Positions 39,290-50,600 of a DNA stretch of 64,000 bases are shown here, in pieces. The notes under the pieces were generated by a model. It saw only the letters and a program-made list of their open reading frames with translations, did not search any database and was not told the DNA's origin. Each line of letters opens with the position of its first letter. The stretch's first letter is position 1. Source of the DNA: Pseudomonadota bacterium. GTDB taxonomy: Bacteria > Pseudomonadota > Alphaproteobacteria > Rhodobacterales > Rhodobacteraceae. The stretch spans positions 2,739 through 66,738 of the forward strand of contig JAJZVD010000008.1 of NCBI GenBank assembly GCA_021845805.1. Reading direction: 5' to 3'. The translations under genes were made by a program, and so were the position numbers.

Positions 39290-41488
39290 TCAGGCCGCCT
39301 TCCGTGCCGTGGCGAAGCGGCCGTAGAAGGTCTGGCCCGTCTCTGCCATCTCGACCAGCAGCCGCGGCGGGGCAAAGCGCAGCCCGTGGCGTTCGGTCAG
39401 CCCGTGGCACAGCTCGACCGCACGGGCGGCGCCCAGGATGTCAAGCCAGCTGAACGGCCCGCCCGACCAGGGCGCAAAGCCCCAGCCGAGGATCGCGCCC
39501 ACGTCGCCTTCGCGGATGTCCATCAGCACCCCCGCCTCCAGCGCGCGCACGGCCTCCAGCACCTGCGCGAACAGCAGCCGGTGCTGTACCTCGGTCAGGT
39601 CGGGCTGGGCGGCGGCATGGGGATAGTGCAGCGCAAGCCCCGCCCAGATCCCCTCGCGCTTGCCCGCCGCGTCATAGGCATAGAAGCCCGCCTTCGCCTT
39701 GCGCCCCAGGCGGCCCTGATCGGCCATCCAGAACAGCACGTCATCCACCGCGTCATCGGGATAGGCCGCACCCATCGCGGCCTTGGTCGCCTTGGCGATC
39801 TTGACCCCAAGGTCGATCGAGGTTTCGTCCACCAGTTGCAGCGGCCCCAGCGGCATGCCGACGAGCCTGGCCGCGTTCTCGATCAGCACGGGCTCCACCC
39901 CCTCGGCCACCATGCGGATGCCCTCGTTGATGTAGGGGATGATGCAGCGGTTGGCGTAGAAGAAGCGCGCGTCATGCACCACGATCGGCGTCTTGCGGAT
40001 CTGGCGGACGAAATCCAGCGCCTTGGCCACCGCGCGCTCGCCGGTGGCCTTGCCGCGGATGATCTCGACCAGCGCCATCTTGTCGACCGGGCTGAAGAAG
40101 TGGATGCCGATGAACTGATCGGGCCGCTGCGATGCCCTGGCAAGGTCGGTGATCGGCAGGGTGGAGGTGTTGGTGGCAAAGATGCAGTCGGGCCCGACCA
40201 CCGCCTCGGCCCGGGCGGTGACGCCCGCCTTCACCGTCGGGTCCTCGAACACCGCCTCGACGATCAGATCCGCGCCCGCGAGGGCCGCGTAATCGGTGGT
40301 GGCGGTGATGCGCGAGAGCAGCTCGGCCTTCTGTTCGGGTGTGGCCTTGCGGCGGCTGATCGCGGTGTCCATCAGGTCGGCCGAATGGGCGCGGCCGCGC
40401 TCTGCCGCCGCCTGGGCCGCGTCGATCAGCACCACCTCGATGCCCGCCCGCGCCGCCACATAGGCGATGCCCGCGCCCATCATGCCCGCGCCCAGCACAC
40501 CCAGCTTCTTCACCGCCTGATCGGGGATGCCCGCAGGCCGCACCGCGCCCTTTTCCAGCGCCTCCTTGTTGAGGAAGAGCGACCGGATCATCGCGGTCGA
40601 CGACGGGTTCATCAGCACCTGGGTGAACCAGCGCGCCTCGATCTTCAGCGCGGTGTCAAAGGGCACCAGCGCCCCTTCGTAGACCGCGGCCAGCAGCGCC
40701 TTGGCCGCCGGGTAGACCCCCATCGTCTTGCCATGCACCATCGCCGAGGCGCCGACGAAGTTCATGAAGCCCGCCGCCGAATAGGGCGCCCCGCCGGGCA
40801 GCTTGTAGCCCTTCTGGTCCCAGGGTTTCACCAGATCGGCATCGGTTGCCGACAACACCCATGCGCGGGCGGCGGCGACCGGGTCGGCCGCCACCTCGTC
40901 GATCAGGCCCGTGGCCTTCGCCGCGCGCGGATCGCTCAACCTGCCTTCCAGCAGCGCGGGCGCGGCCGCAAGCGGGCCCAGCTTGCGCACCAGCCGTGTG
41001 GTGCCGCCCGCGCCGGGGAAGATCCCCACAAGGATCTCGGGCAGGCCGATCTTGGCCTTCGGGTTCTCGGCCGCGAAGATCCGGTGGCAGGCCAGCGGCA
41101 GTTCCAGCCCGATGCCCACCGCGGTGCCGGGCAGGGCGGCGGCGACGGGCTTGCCGCCCTTCAGCGTCTTGGGGTCCATCCCCGCCCGCTCGATCTTGCG
41201 CAAGAGCGCGTGGATGCGCATCGTGCCCTCGAAAAGCCCGCGCGCGGGTTCGGCACCCGCTTCGTCCTTCATCCGGGCGATGACGTTCAGATCCATCCCG
41301 CCCGCAAAGTCCTTCTTGCCGCTGGTGATGACGATCCCCTTGACGGCGGGATCGCCCAGGGCGGTATCGACCAGCGCGTCAAGCTGGGCGAGCCCCTCGA
41401 GCGACATGACGTTCATCGACTTGCCCGGCACGTCCCAGGTGATGGTGGCCACGCCCTCGGCGTCGGTTGTGTAATGGAAGTCGGTCAT
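39290..41488 (-). CDS. Fatty-acid oxidation complex alpha subunit (enoyl-CoA hydratase/3-hydroxyacyl-CoA dehydrogenase)
   Basis: GGMDL, GIGLELPLACH, GLPEILVGIFPGAGGT, GVLGAGMMGAGIA, EAVFED, GIHFFSPV. Confidence 0.96.
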   Translation of the reverse strand: MTDFHYTTDAEGVATITWDVPGKSMNVMSLEGLAQLDALVDTALGDPAVKGIVITSGKKDFAGGMDLNVIARMKDEAGAEPARGLFEGTMRIHALLRKIERAGMDPKTLKGGKPVAAALPGTAVGIGLELPLACHRIFAAENPKAKIGLPEILVGIFPGAGGTTRLVRKLGPLAAAPALLEGRLSDPRAAKATGLIDEVAADPVAAARAWVLSATDADLVKPWDQKGYKLPGGAPYSAAGFMNFVGASAMVHGKTMGVYPAAKALLAAVYEGALVPFDTALKIEARWFTQVLMNPSSTAMIRSLFLNKEALEKGAVRPAGIPDQAVKKLGVLGAGMMGAGIAYVAARAGIEVVLIDAAQAAAERGRAHSADLMDTAISRRKATPEQKAELLSRITATTDYAALAGADLIVEAVFEDPTVKAGVTARAEAVVGPDCIFATNTSTLPITDLARASQRPDQFIGIHFFSPVDKMALVEIIRGKATGERAVAKALDFVRQIRKTPIVVHDARFFYANRCIIPYINEGIRMVAEGVEPVLIENAARLVGMPLGPLQLVDETSIDLGVKIAKATKAAMGAAYPDDAVDDVLFWMADQGRLGRKAKAGFYAYDAAGKREGIWAGLALHYPHAAAQPDLTEVQHRLLFAQVLEAVRALEAGVLMDIREGDVGAILGWGFAPWSGGPFSWLDILGAARAVELCHGLTERHGLRFAPPRLLVEMAETGQTFYGRFATARKAA

Positions 41489-41734
41489 CTTTCCTCCTTC
41501 GCGCGGCAGGGGCGCGTCATGTGTTCCATTCCGCGGCCACGGTCCCGTCCGGGCGGACGGGACGACGCGGGCGGCCCGAGTTCATCTGGATCAGCCGACC
41601 CGGATCGCCCGGCATGTGCCGCGCATCGGGGCCGGCGTGGCGGCCGGTCACCGGGTGGGGGTGGCGGGGGGCGGGGCCCAAGGGGGCATCCGGCCGGCGG
41701 GGCATCGGGCACGCGGCGCCCTTTGCCGCGGGGG

Positions 41735-42232
41735 TCAGCCCTCGGAACTGCTTTGCTGCGGCCGCAGGCGCGCGGTCAGCGCCGCGTGGGCCTGCTGCTG
41801 CGCCAGGGCGATGTCGGCGGCCAGAAACTCCAGGCTTTCCTCGGCAATATGCGCCTGTTCCCAGATCGCCTTCCACCGCCCGTCGATCCGCATCAGCGCA
41901 AGCCGGCAGTGGTAGGGCGGCACGATGAAGCCGGTCGCGCTGCGGATCTCTGTCCGATGCCCGCCGACGATCATGTCGGGCATCGAGGGCTGGAACTCTG
42001 CCCAGAGACAGGTGCGCCGGTATTCCACCAGGCCCTTCGCGATAAGCTGCTGGCGATAGTCGGAAATCAGGATCTCCATCTCCTCGACCGAGGAGACGAC
42101 AACCTCGCGCGAGCCGGTGGCCATCAGGATCGGCACGCCGATGTGCTGCACGATCAGGCGGAAATCCCCTGTCAGGATGCCGGCCGAGACCGCATCCAGA
42201 TTGGCCTTGTATATCTCCTGCGCGCTGGCCAC
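41735..42232 (-). CDS. Hypothetical protein, probable NTF2/SnoaL-like fold; start uncertain (42232 or 42286)
   Basis: Open frame with non-repetitive composition: alpha-helical N-terminus then a beta meander ending ...LMRIDGRWKAI; GGGAG upstream of GTG 42232. The fold call is inference. Confidence 0.65.
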   Translation of the reverse strand: MASAQEIYKANLDAVSAGILTGDFRLIVQHIGVPILMATGSREVVVSSVEEMEILISDYRQQLIAKGLVEYRRTCLWAEFQPSMPDMIVGGHRTEIRSATGFIVPPYHCRLALMRIDGRWKAIWEQAHIAEESLEFLAADIALAQQQAHAALTARLRPQQSSSEG

Positions 42233-42397
42233 CGACACTCCCGCCACATGATCCCGGGACCCCAGGGCGGCCCCACCGCCGGACAACGTAGGCCATCCGC
42301 CCGTGGTTTTCCACAGGCCGGAAGGTCAACTTGTCCGAATGATCCGCCGGTCTCGGGAACCGGGGCGGCGCGGCGCGGGCGGCGTTGCATCCCATCG

Positions 42398-43609
<1,212 letters not shown>

Positions 43610-43620
43610 TCTCGTCCTCC

Positions 43621-44253
43621 TCAGGCCCGGTCGGACGGGTTGCCGGGCATCAGTTCGTAGGGGTGTTTCCAGCCCGGCAGGGCCGCGATGCGGTCAAGCC
43701 AGGCGGCGATGGCGGGGAAGGCTTCGCGCGAGAAGCCAAAGGGTTCGGGGTAGTAGAGGTAGCCGCAGCAGGCGAGGTCGGCGAGCGTCGGCGCATCCCC
43801 CACCATCCAGGTCCGCCCCGTCAGATGGCGTTCCAGCGTGCCAAGCGCCGCCTGCACCCGGCCTGACAGCCAGCGGATCGCCTCGGCCGGGCGCTTGTCC
43901 TCGGGCAGGAAGTTCATCAGGAAGCGCAGCCCGCCCTGCTGGCCGGTGCCCTTCTGCGCGTCCCAGAACAGCCAGCGCATCATCTCGGCCCGCAGCGCGG
44001 GCGGGGGCAGGAATTTTCCCGTCTTTTCCGCGATGTGAAGCTGGATCACGCAGGATTGGGTCAGGGTCAGGCCGTCTTCCGTGAAGACCGGCGCCTCGCC
44101 CATCTCGTTCAGCGCCAGAAAGTCCGGCGTGCGGCTGCCGCCGTGGAAGAAGTCGACGAAGACGGGCTGCCAGGAGTAGCCCGCAAGCGTCATGGTCAGC
44201 GCGGCCTTGTAGGCGTTGCCGCTTTCGCCGAAGCAGTGAAGGTGGGCCGTCAT
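43621..44253 (-). CDS. Glutathione S-transferase family protein
   Basis: SGNAYK, LNEMGEAPV, QSCVI, GDAPTLADL. Confidence 0.92.
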   Translation of the reverse strand: MTAHLHCFGESGNAYKAALTMTLAGYSWQPVFVDFFHGGSRTPDFLALNEMGEAPVFTEDGLTLTQSCVIQLHIAEKTGKFLPPPALRAEMMRWLFWDAQKGTGQQGGLRFLMNFLPEDKRPAEAIRWLSGRVQAALGTLERHLTGRTWMVGDAPTLADLACCGYLYYPEPFGFSREAFPAIAAWLDRIAALPGWKHPYELMPGNPSDRA

Positions 44254-44280
44254 CGCGCGCTCCTGGGGCTGGCGGCAGGC

Positions 44281-44331
44281 GCGGGGGTTTCACACCCCCG
44301 CACCCCCGTGGGATATTTGCGGACAGAAAAT
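44281..44331 (+). repeat. REP-like element family 2, copy 2
   Basis: GCGGGGGT-ttcac-ACCCCCGC hairpin followed by ACCCCCG..GGATATTTGCGGACAGAAAAT, matching 7033-7082. Confidence 0.8.
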
Positions 44332-44350
44332 TGGGGGCGGCCCGGGCGCC

Positions 44351-44563
44351 TCACCGCTTGCGGTCCTCGAGTTCGGCCTTGAACAGCCGCAGCCGGTGGC
44401 CGAGGTTTTCGGGATGGGTCACGCTGCCGAAGTTCTCGAAGAAGAACACCAGCGCCTCGTCCTGGGTGATGCCCGCATCGTCGGCAAAGCCGCGCAGGCG
44501 GCGGTAGGCATCCTCGGTCAGCATGACCGGAAAACGGCGGGTGAAGCGCAGGCGTTTGGGCAT
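44351..44563 (-). CDS. Small ribbon-helix-helix (Arc-like) DNA-binding protein
   Basis: 70 aa; beta strand RFPVML, helix EDAYRRLRGFADDAG, ITQDEALVF; GGGAGG RBS. Confidence 0.7.
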   Translation of the reverse strand: MPKRLRFTRRFPVMLTEDAYRRLRGFADDAGITQDEALVFFFENFGSVTHPENLGHRLRLFKAELEDRKR

Positions 44564-44587
44564 CGGTTCCTCCCTTGATGCCCGAGC

Positions 44588-46366
44588 CTAGAACGCCTCG
44601 GCCGCCAGCGCCATCACCGCGGCCGCGCCGCTTTCGATCCGCGCCAGATGCAGGCGGGTGGCGGGAAGCTGGCGGGCCATGTAATAGCGCCCGGTGGCGA
44701 TCTTGGTCTGATGGAAGGCGGGGTCCGCGGTGCCCGCCGCCAGCGCCGCCATCGCGGCGCGCGCCATCTTCGCCCACATCAGCCCCAGCGCGGTATGGCC
44801 GAAGAGGTGCAGGAAGTCGGTCGAGCCCGCCAGCGCGGCATCGGGGCTTTTCATCCCGTTCTGCAGGAAGAACATGGCCGCGGCTTGCAGATCCTTCGAC
44901 GCCGCCTTCAGCGGTTCGAGGAAGTCGCGGTCCAGCGCCGCGTTGTCGGCATTCTCTTTGATGAAGGTCTTGACCATCTCGAAGAACGCCATGATCGGCT
45001 TGCCGCCATCGGCCGCCAGCTTGCGCCCCACCAGATCCAGCGCCTGCACCCCGTTCGCGCCTTCGTAGATCATGGCGATCCGGGCGTCGCGGGCGAACTG
45101 GCTCATGCCCCATTCCTCGATGTAGCCATGCCCGCCAAAGACCTGCTGGGCCTGGATGGTGCTGTCGAAGCCCTTGTCGGTCAGGAAGCCCTTGATGACC
45201 GGGGTCATGAGAGAGATCATGCTTTCGGCCCCGGCATCGCCCAGCCGGTGGGCGCGGTCGATCAGCTCGGCCCCCCAGAAGGTCAGCGCCCGGGCGCCCT
45301 CGATGAAGCTTTTCTGGTCCATCAGCGCGCGGCGGATGTCGGGGTGGACGATCAGCGGATCGGCCGGGCCCGCGGGATTGGCGGCCCCCGTCACGGCGCG
45401 GCCCTGCAGGCGGTCCTTGGCATAGGCCACCGCCGCCTGATAGGCGGCCTCGGCCACCGCATAGCCCTGAAGCCCCACGCCCAGCCGCGCCTCGTTCATC
45501 ATGGTGAACATGTTGCGCATGCCCTTGTGCAACTCGCCCACAAGGTAGCCGGTGGCGCCGTCGTAGTTCATCACGCAGGTGGCATTGCCGTGGATGCCCA
45601 TCTTTTCTTCGATCTTGCCCGCGCCCAGAGCGTTGCGCGCGCCCAGGCTGCCATCGGCGTTGACGAGGAATTTCGGCACGAGGAAGAGCGAGATGCCGCG
45701 CGTGCCCTCGCCGCCGCCGGGCGCCTTGGCCAGCACCAGATGGATGATGTTTTCCGCCAGGTCGTGATCGCCCGCCGAGATGAAGATCTTCTGCCCGGTG
45801 ATCCGGTAGCTGCCATCCGCCTGCGGTTCGGCCCGGGTGCGGATCAGCCCCAGATCGGTGCCGCAATGCGGTTCCGTCAGGTTCATGGTGCCGGTCCAGT
45901 CCAGGCTGACCATCTTCGGCAGGTAGGTGGCCTTCAGCGCGTCGGACCCGTGGGCAAGGATCGCGCCGATCGCGCCGTGCGTCAGGCCCTGGTACATGTT
46001 GAAGGCCATGTTGGCCGAGACGAAGATCTCGCCCACCGCCGAGCCGATCAGGTAGGGCAGGCCCTGCCCGCCGTAGTCTTCCGGCAGGTCGAGCCCGTTC
46101 CAGCCGCCGTCCTTCATGGCGGCGAAGGCGTCCTTGAAGCCGGCAGGCGTGGTGACCACGCCGTTTTCCAGCCGGCAGCCCTCGCGGTCGCCCACGGCGT
46201 TCAGCGGCGCCAGAACCTCGGAGGCCAGCCGCCCGGCCTCGTCGAGGATCGCGGCGGTGGTGTCGGCATCCAGCTCGGCATAGCCGGGCACCGGGCTGGC
46301 CGAGACCTGCATGACCTCGTGCAGCAGGAACTGGATGTCCTTGGCGGGGGCGGTATAGGCGGGCAT
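44588..46366 (-). CDS. Acyl-CoA dehydrogenase
   Basis: [51 protein letters not shown]. Confidence 0.96.
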   Translation of the reverse strand: MPAYTAPAKDIQFLLHEVMQVSASPVPGYAELDADTTAAILDEAGRLASEVLAPLNAVGDREGCRLENGVVTTPAGFKDAFAAMKDGGWNGLDLPEDYGGQGLPYLIGSAVGEIFVSANMAFNMYQGLTHGAIGAILAHGSDALKATYLPKMVSLDWTGTMNLTEPHCGTDLGLIRTRAEPQADGSYRITGQKIFISAGDHDLAENIIHLVLAKAPGGGEGTRGISLFLVPKFLVNADGSLGARNALGAGKIEEKMGIHGNATCVMNYDGATGYLVGELHKGMRNMFTMMNEARLGVGLQGYAVAEAAYQAAVAYAKDRLQGRAVTGAANPAGPADPLIVHPDIRRALMDQKSFIEGARALTFWGAELIDRAHRLGDAGAESMISLMTPVIKGFLTDKGFDSTIQAQQVFGGHGYIEEWGMSQFARDARIAMIYEGANGVQALDLVGRKLAADGGKPIMAFFEMVKTFIKENADNAALDRDFLEPLKAASKDLQAAAMFFLQNGMKSPDAALAGSTDFLHLFGHTALGLMWAKMARAAMAALAAGTADPAFHQTKIATGRYYMARQLPATRLHLARIESGAAAVMALAAEAF

Positions 46367-46386
46367 CGTCTGTCTCCCTCAGGCGG

Positions 46387-46779
46387 TCATTCGGCGGCGC
46401 GGGCAAGGCGGGCCAGTTGCCCTTCGCCCCAGGCCAGTTCGGTGGTCAGCTCGGCAATCGCCTCGTCCAGTTCGGCCCGCTGCGCCTGCATCTGCGCCAG
46501 CCGGGCGCGCCCCAGCTCGCAGGCGCGGCGCATCTGCGCCTCGTTCACGCTGTCGCGGGCGTAGAGGTCCAGAAGCTGGCGGATGTCTTCCAGGCTCAGC
46601 CCGAACCGCTTGCCCCGCAGGATCAGCGTCAGCCGGGCGCGGTCGCGCTTGCCGTAAAGCCGCCGCTGCCCGACCCGTTCGGGGGTCAGCAGCTCTTTCG
46701 TCTCGTAGAAGCGCAGGGTGCGGGGCGTCACGTCGAAGGCCGCGCACATCTCGCGGATGGTCATCGGGGCGTCGGTCAT
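46387..46779 (-). CDS. MerR family transcriptional regulator, LiuR-like
   Basis: MTIREMCAAFDVTPRTLRFYE.KELL.P.R.G..RLY...DRARL.LILRGKRFGLSL; lies upstream of beta-oxidation genes. Confidence 0.9.
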   Translation of the reverse strand: MTDAPMTIREMCAAFDVTPRTLRFYETKELLTPERVGQRRLYGKRDRARLTLILRGKRFGLSLEDIRQLLDLYARDSVNEAQMRRACELGRARLAQMQAQRAELDEAIAELTTELAWGEGQLARLARAAE

Positions 46780-46840
46780 GGCTCTGGTTCCGGTTGCCTT
46801 CTCGACAGATGGCGGCCTGCGGGCGGGCTGGCAAGGCTGG

Positions 46841-46856
46841 TTGACGTGCACGTCAA
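46841..46856. promoter_or_regulatory. LiuR-type operator
   Basis: Perfect 16-bp palindrome TTGACGTGCACGTCAA, 61 nt upstream of the MerR/LiuR start. Confidence 0.75.
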
Positions 46857-46878
46857 GGAAACGTCACGTCACGCGAGC

Positions 46879-47625
46879 CTAGCGGCGGCGGCGCACCCGG
46901 GGGATGGTGCTGGGCCGCAGGACATACGCGGCTGCCGGGTGGGGCGGCTGGCCGCCGGTGGCCCGCCAGAGCGCGGGCCCCCCACGCCACAGCCAGACCG
47001 GCAGCGTCAGCACCACCCCCGCGACGAAGCCGCCGACATGGGCCGAATAGGCGACACCGCCCTGCGCCGGATCGCTGAACGCACCCTCGACCGCCTGCAG
47101 GACGAACCACAGCCCCAGCACCGCCCAGGCGGGCACCACGAAGACGCGGAAGAAGACCAGGAACACGAAAAGAAGATCGATGCGCGCGCGGGGAAACAGC
47201 AGCAGATAGCCCCCCATCACCCCCGCGATCGCCCCCGAGGCGCCGATCATCGGCAGGCGCGATCCGGGGTCGATCGCGATCTGGCAGCCCGCCGCCGCCA
47301 GCCCGCACAGCAGGTAGAACGCCAGGAAGCGGACACGGCCGAAGGCGTCCTCGAGGTTGTCGCCGAAGATCCACAGGAACAGCATGTTGCCCAACAGATG
47401 CAGCCAGCCGCCATGCAGGAACATCGAGGTGACGAAGGTCTCGAGCCCATGCCCGGCGGTGACGCGCGCGGGGATCAGCGCCCAGTCGGCATAGAACCGG
47501 GCCAGCGCCGCGTCGCTCTGGAAGGCGGGCAGGCCCAGCAGGAAGATCGCCACATTGGCCACGATCAGAGCCCGCGTGACGACAGGCGTGGTGGCCGAGG
47601 GGTTGTGATCGCGGATCGGGAACAT
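46879..47625 (-). CDS. Rhomboid family intramembrane serine protease
   Basis: SMFLHGGWLHLLGNM, IGASGAIAG (catalytic Ser), AHVGGF (catalytic His). Confidence 0.94.
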   Translation of the reverse strand: MFPIRDHNPSATTPVVTRALIVANVAIFLLGLPAFQSDAALARFYADWALIPARVTAGHGLETFVTSMFLHGGWLHLLGNMLFLWIFGDNLEDAFGRVRFLAFYLLCGLAAAGCQIAIDPGSRLPMIGASGAIAGVMGGYLLLFPRARIDLLFVFLVFFRVFVVPAWAVLGLWFVLQAVEGAFSDPAQGGVAYSAHVGGFVAGVVLTLPVWLWRGGPALWRATGGQPPHPAAAYVLRPSTIPRVRRRR

Positions 47626-47685
47626 GGGCGAAGCGTTCCCGATCCGGTCGCGGGCGTCAAGCTTGTGGCCTTGGGCGGGCCTGGC

Positions 47686-50600
47686 TCAGGCGTCCGACAC
47701 CTCGGCCAGCAGCCGCGCGTTGCCGCCCGAGGCGGTGGTGTCGATGCAGACGTGCCGCTCGATCAGCACGCGGGCCGCGTCGGGTTCCTCTGTCAGCAGG
47801 GGCAGGATCGGGCCGGGCCGGGCGGCCAGCGCCTGCGCGAAGGCGCGTGCCTCGGCGGCCTCGCCCCACCAGAGCGCGGCAGAAAACCCGGCAAGGCCGG
47901 TCAGCGCCGCGGCCGCCAGCGCCCCTTCGGCCGCCACCGCGACGCCCCCGGCCGCCTGCACCAGGGCCACCTGCCGCGCCGCGGTCTGGGCGCCGGGGCC
48001 AAGGCACAGCACCGGATCGCGGGGATAAAGCGACAGCCGGTTCGATTCGCCCGTGGGCCCCGGCAGTTCCAGCACCCGTACCGCGCCCCGCACCGCCTGC
48101 GCGGCGGCAAGCTGCGCCTGCACGCGGCCGGGATCGGCGGGCCTGTCCCAGGTGCCGCCCGCGGGGCAGGGGCCCTGCACGAAGCGGCCAAGATAGTCCG
48201 GCCCCCCGGCCTTCGGCCCGGTGCCCGACAGCCCCTCGCCCCCGAAGGGCTGGCTGCCCACGACCGCGCCGATCTGGTTGCGGTTGACATAGGTGTTGCC
48301 CGCCCGGATGCGGTCGACCACCTGCTGCACCCGGTCGTCGATCCGTGTGTGCAGCCCGAAGGTCAGCCCGTAGCCGGTGGCGTTCACCGCATCGATGACG
48401 GCGGCGATCTCGCCCGCGCGGAAGGTCGCGATGTGCAGCACGGGCCCGAAGATCTCGCGCGTCATCTGGTGGATGCCCTCGACCCGGATCACGGTCGGCG
48501 CGATGAAATGGCCCCGCGCCGGGGGGGCCAGTTCCTTCAGCACCCGCCCGTCGGCGCGCGCCTGCGCGATGTAGGCCGCGATCGCCCCCTGCGCCTCGGG
48601 GTCGATCACCGGACCCACGTCGGTCGCCAGCGCCCAGGGGTCGCCCAGCGTCAGTTCGTCCATCGCGCCGAACAGCATTTCCTGCACCGTCTCGGCCACG
48701 TCCTCTTGCAGATAGAGGCAGCGCAGCGCCGAGCAGCGTTGCCCGGCCGACTGGAAGGCGCTGGCCAGGATGTCGCGCACCGCCTGTTCGGGCAGCGCGG
48801 TCGAATCCACCACCATCGCGTTCAGCCCGCCGGTTTCGGCGATCAGCGGGGCGGTGGGGGTACCGGTCGCCGCCATGCTGCGGCGGATCGCCAGCGCGGT
48901 GTCGGTGGACCCGGTGAAGGCCACCCCCGCCAGCCGCGGATCGCGTGTCAGCGCCGCACCCACCGCGCCATCGCCCGGCAGCAGGTGCAGCACCGCGCCG
49001 GGAACCCCCGCCTGATGCAGCAGGCGGACGGCCAGCGCTGCGATCAGCGGGGTCTGTTCGGCGGGCTTGGCGATCACCGCGTTCCCCGCCGCCAGCGCCG
49101 CCGCCACCTGCCCGGTGAAGATGGCCAGCGGGAAGTTCCAGGGCGAGATGCAGGCGAAGGTGCCGCGCGGGGGTGCGGTCAGCCGTTCCGCCCCTTCGGC
49201 ATAGTAACGCAGGAAGTCGGTCGCCTCGCGCAACTCGCTGACCGCATCGGCCAGCGTCTTGCCCGCCTCGCGCGCCAGCAGCGTGAAAAGGGGGCCGAAC
49301 TCCGCCTCGTAAAGCGCGGCCGCGCGGCGCAGCACGGCGGCCCGTTCGGCGGGGGGGGCCTGCCAGACCTCGGCGCCTTCCAGCGCGGCCTCCACCTCAT
49401 CGGGGCCCGCGGGCACCACGCGGCCCACGATGTCGTCCGGGGCGGCCGGGTTCGGCACCGCCGCGCCATCGCCCGCCACCAGCACGCCCATCACCAGCGG
49501 CGCCGCGTGGAACGTCTCGTGCCGGCTGGGGGCCCGTGCGGCCTCGATGGTCGCAAGGTCGCCCTCTGCCGTCAGGTCGAACCCGCGCGAATTGCCGCGC
49601 GCGCCGAAGAGGTCGGGGCCGCGCCGGATCGCCGGGCTCGCAGGCGCGGGCAGCACCGCCTCGACCGCCGCGAAGGGGCAGGCCGCGACCGCCTCGGGCG
49701 GCACCTCGGCGTTCACGATCTGGTTCACGAAGGAACTGTTCGCCCCGTTTTCCAGAAGCCGCCGCACCAGATAGGCCAGCAGATCGCGATGCGCCCCCAC
49801 CGGCGCATAGATGCGGCAACGGGTGCCGTGGTCGGCGTGCACGATGTCATGCAGCCGCTCGCCCATCCCGTGCAGGCGCTGGAATTCGAAGGCGCCCTTG
49901 TCCCCCGCCATCTCGAGGATTGCCGCGACCGTATGGGCGTTGTGGGTGGCGAACTGGGGATAGATCCGGTCGGTCATGCCCAGAAGCGTCTTCGCATTGG
50001 CGATGTAGCTGACATCGGTCGCCGCCTTCCGGGTGAAGACGGGGAAGCTTTCCAGCCCCAGCACCTGCGCGCGCTTTACCTCGGCATCCCAATAGGCGCC
50101 CTTCACCAGCCGGACCATGATCCGCCGGTCAAGGCGGCCCGCCAGCGCGTAAAGCCAGTCGATCACCGCCCCCGCGCGCCGCCCGTAGGCCTGCACCACC
50201 ACCCCGAACCCGTCCCATCCGGCCAGCGCCGGATCGGCCAGCACCGCCTCGATCACCTCGAGCGACAGCGTCAGCCGATCCGCCTCTTCCGCGTCGATAT
50301 TGAAGCCGAGGCCCGCCGCCTTGGCCAGCCCGGCCAGCGCCCGCACCCGCGGCACCAGCTCGGCCATCACACGCGCACGCTTGGCCACCTCGTAGCGCGG
50401 ATGCAGCGCCGAGAGCTTGACCGAGATGCCGGGGTTTTCGCGGATGTCGCGGCTTTTGCAGGCCCCGGCGATCGCCCCGATGGCGCGGGAATAGGCCAGA
50501 TGGTAGCGCCGCGCGTCGGCTTCGGTCCGTGCGGCCTCGCCCAGCATGTCGTAGCTGTAGGTGAAGCCGCGCGATTCCATCGCCTGCGCCCGCTCCATCG

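Noticed and set aside
41485-41712. 75-aa ORF ending in an ATGA overlap with the FAO alpha subunit
   Set aside because: Pro/Arg low-complexity sequence, no RBS or motif; most likely a GC-rich spacer artefact.
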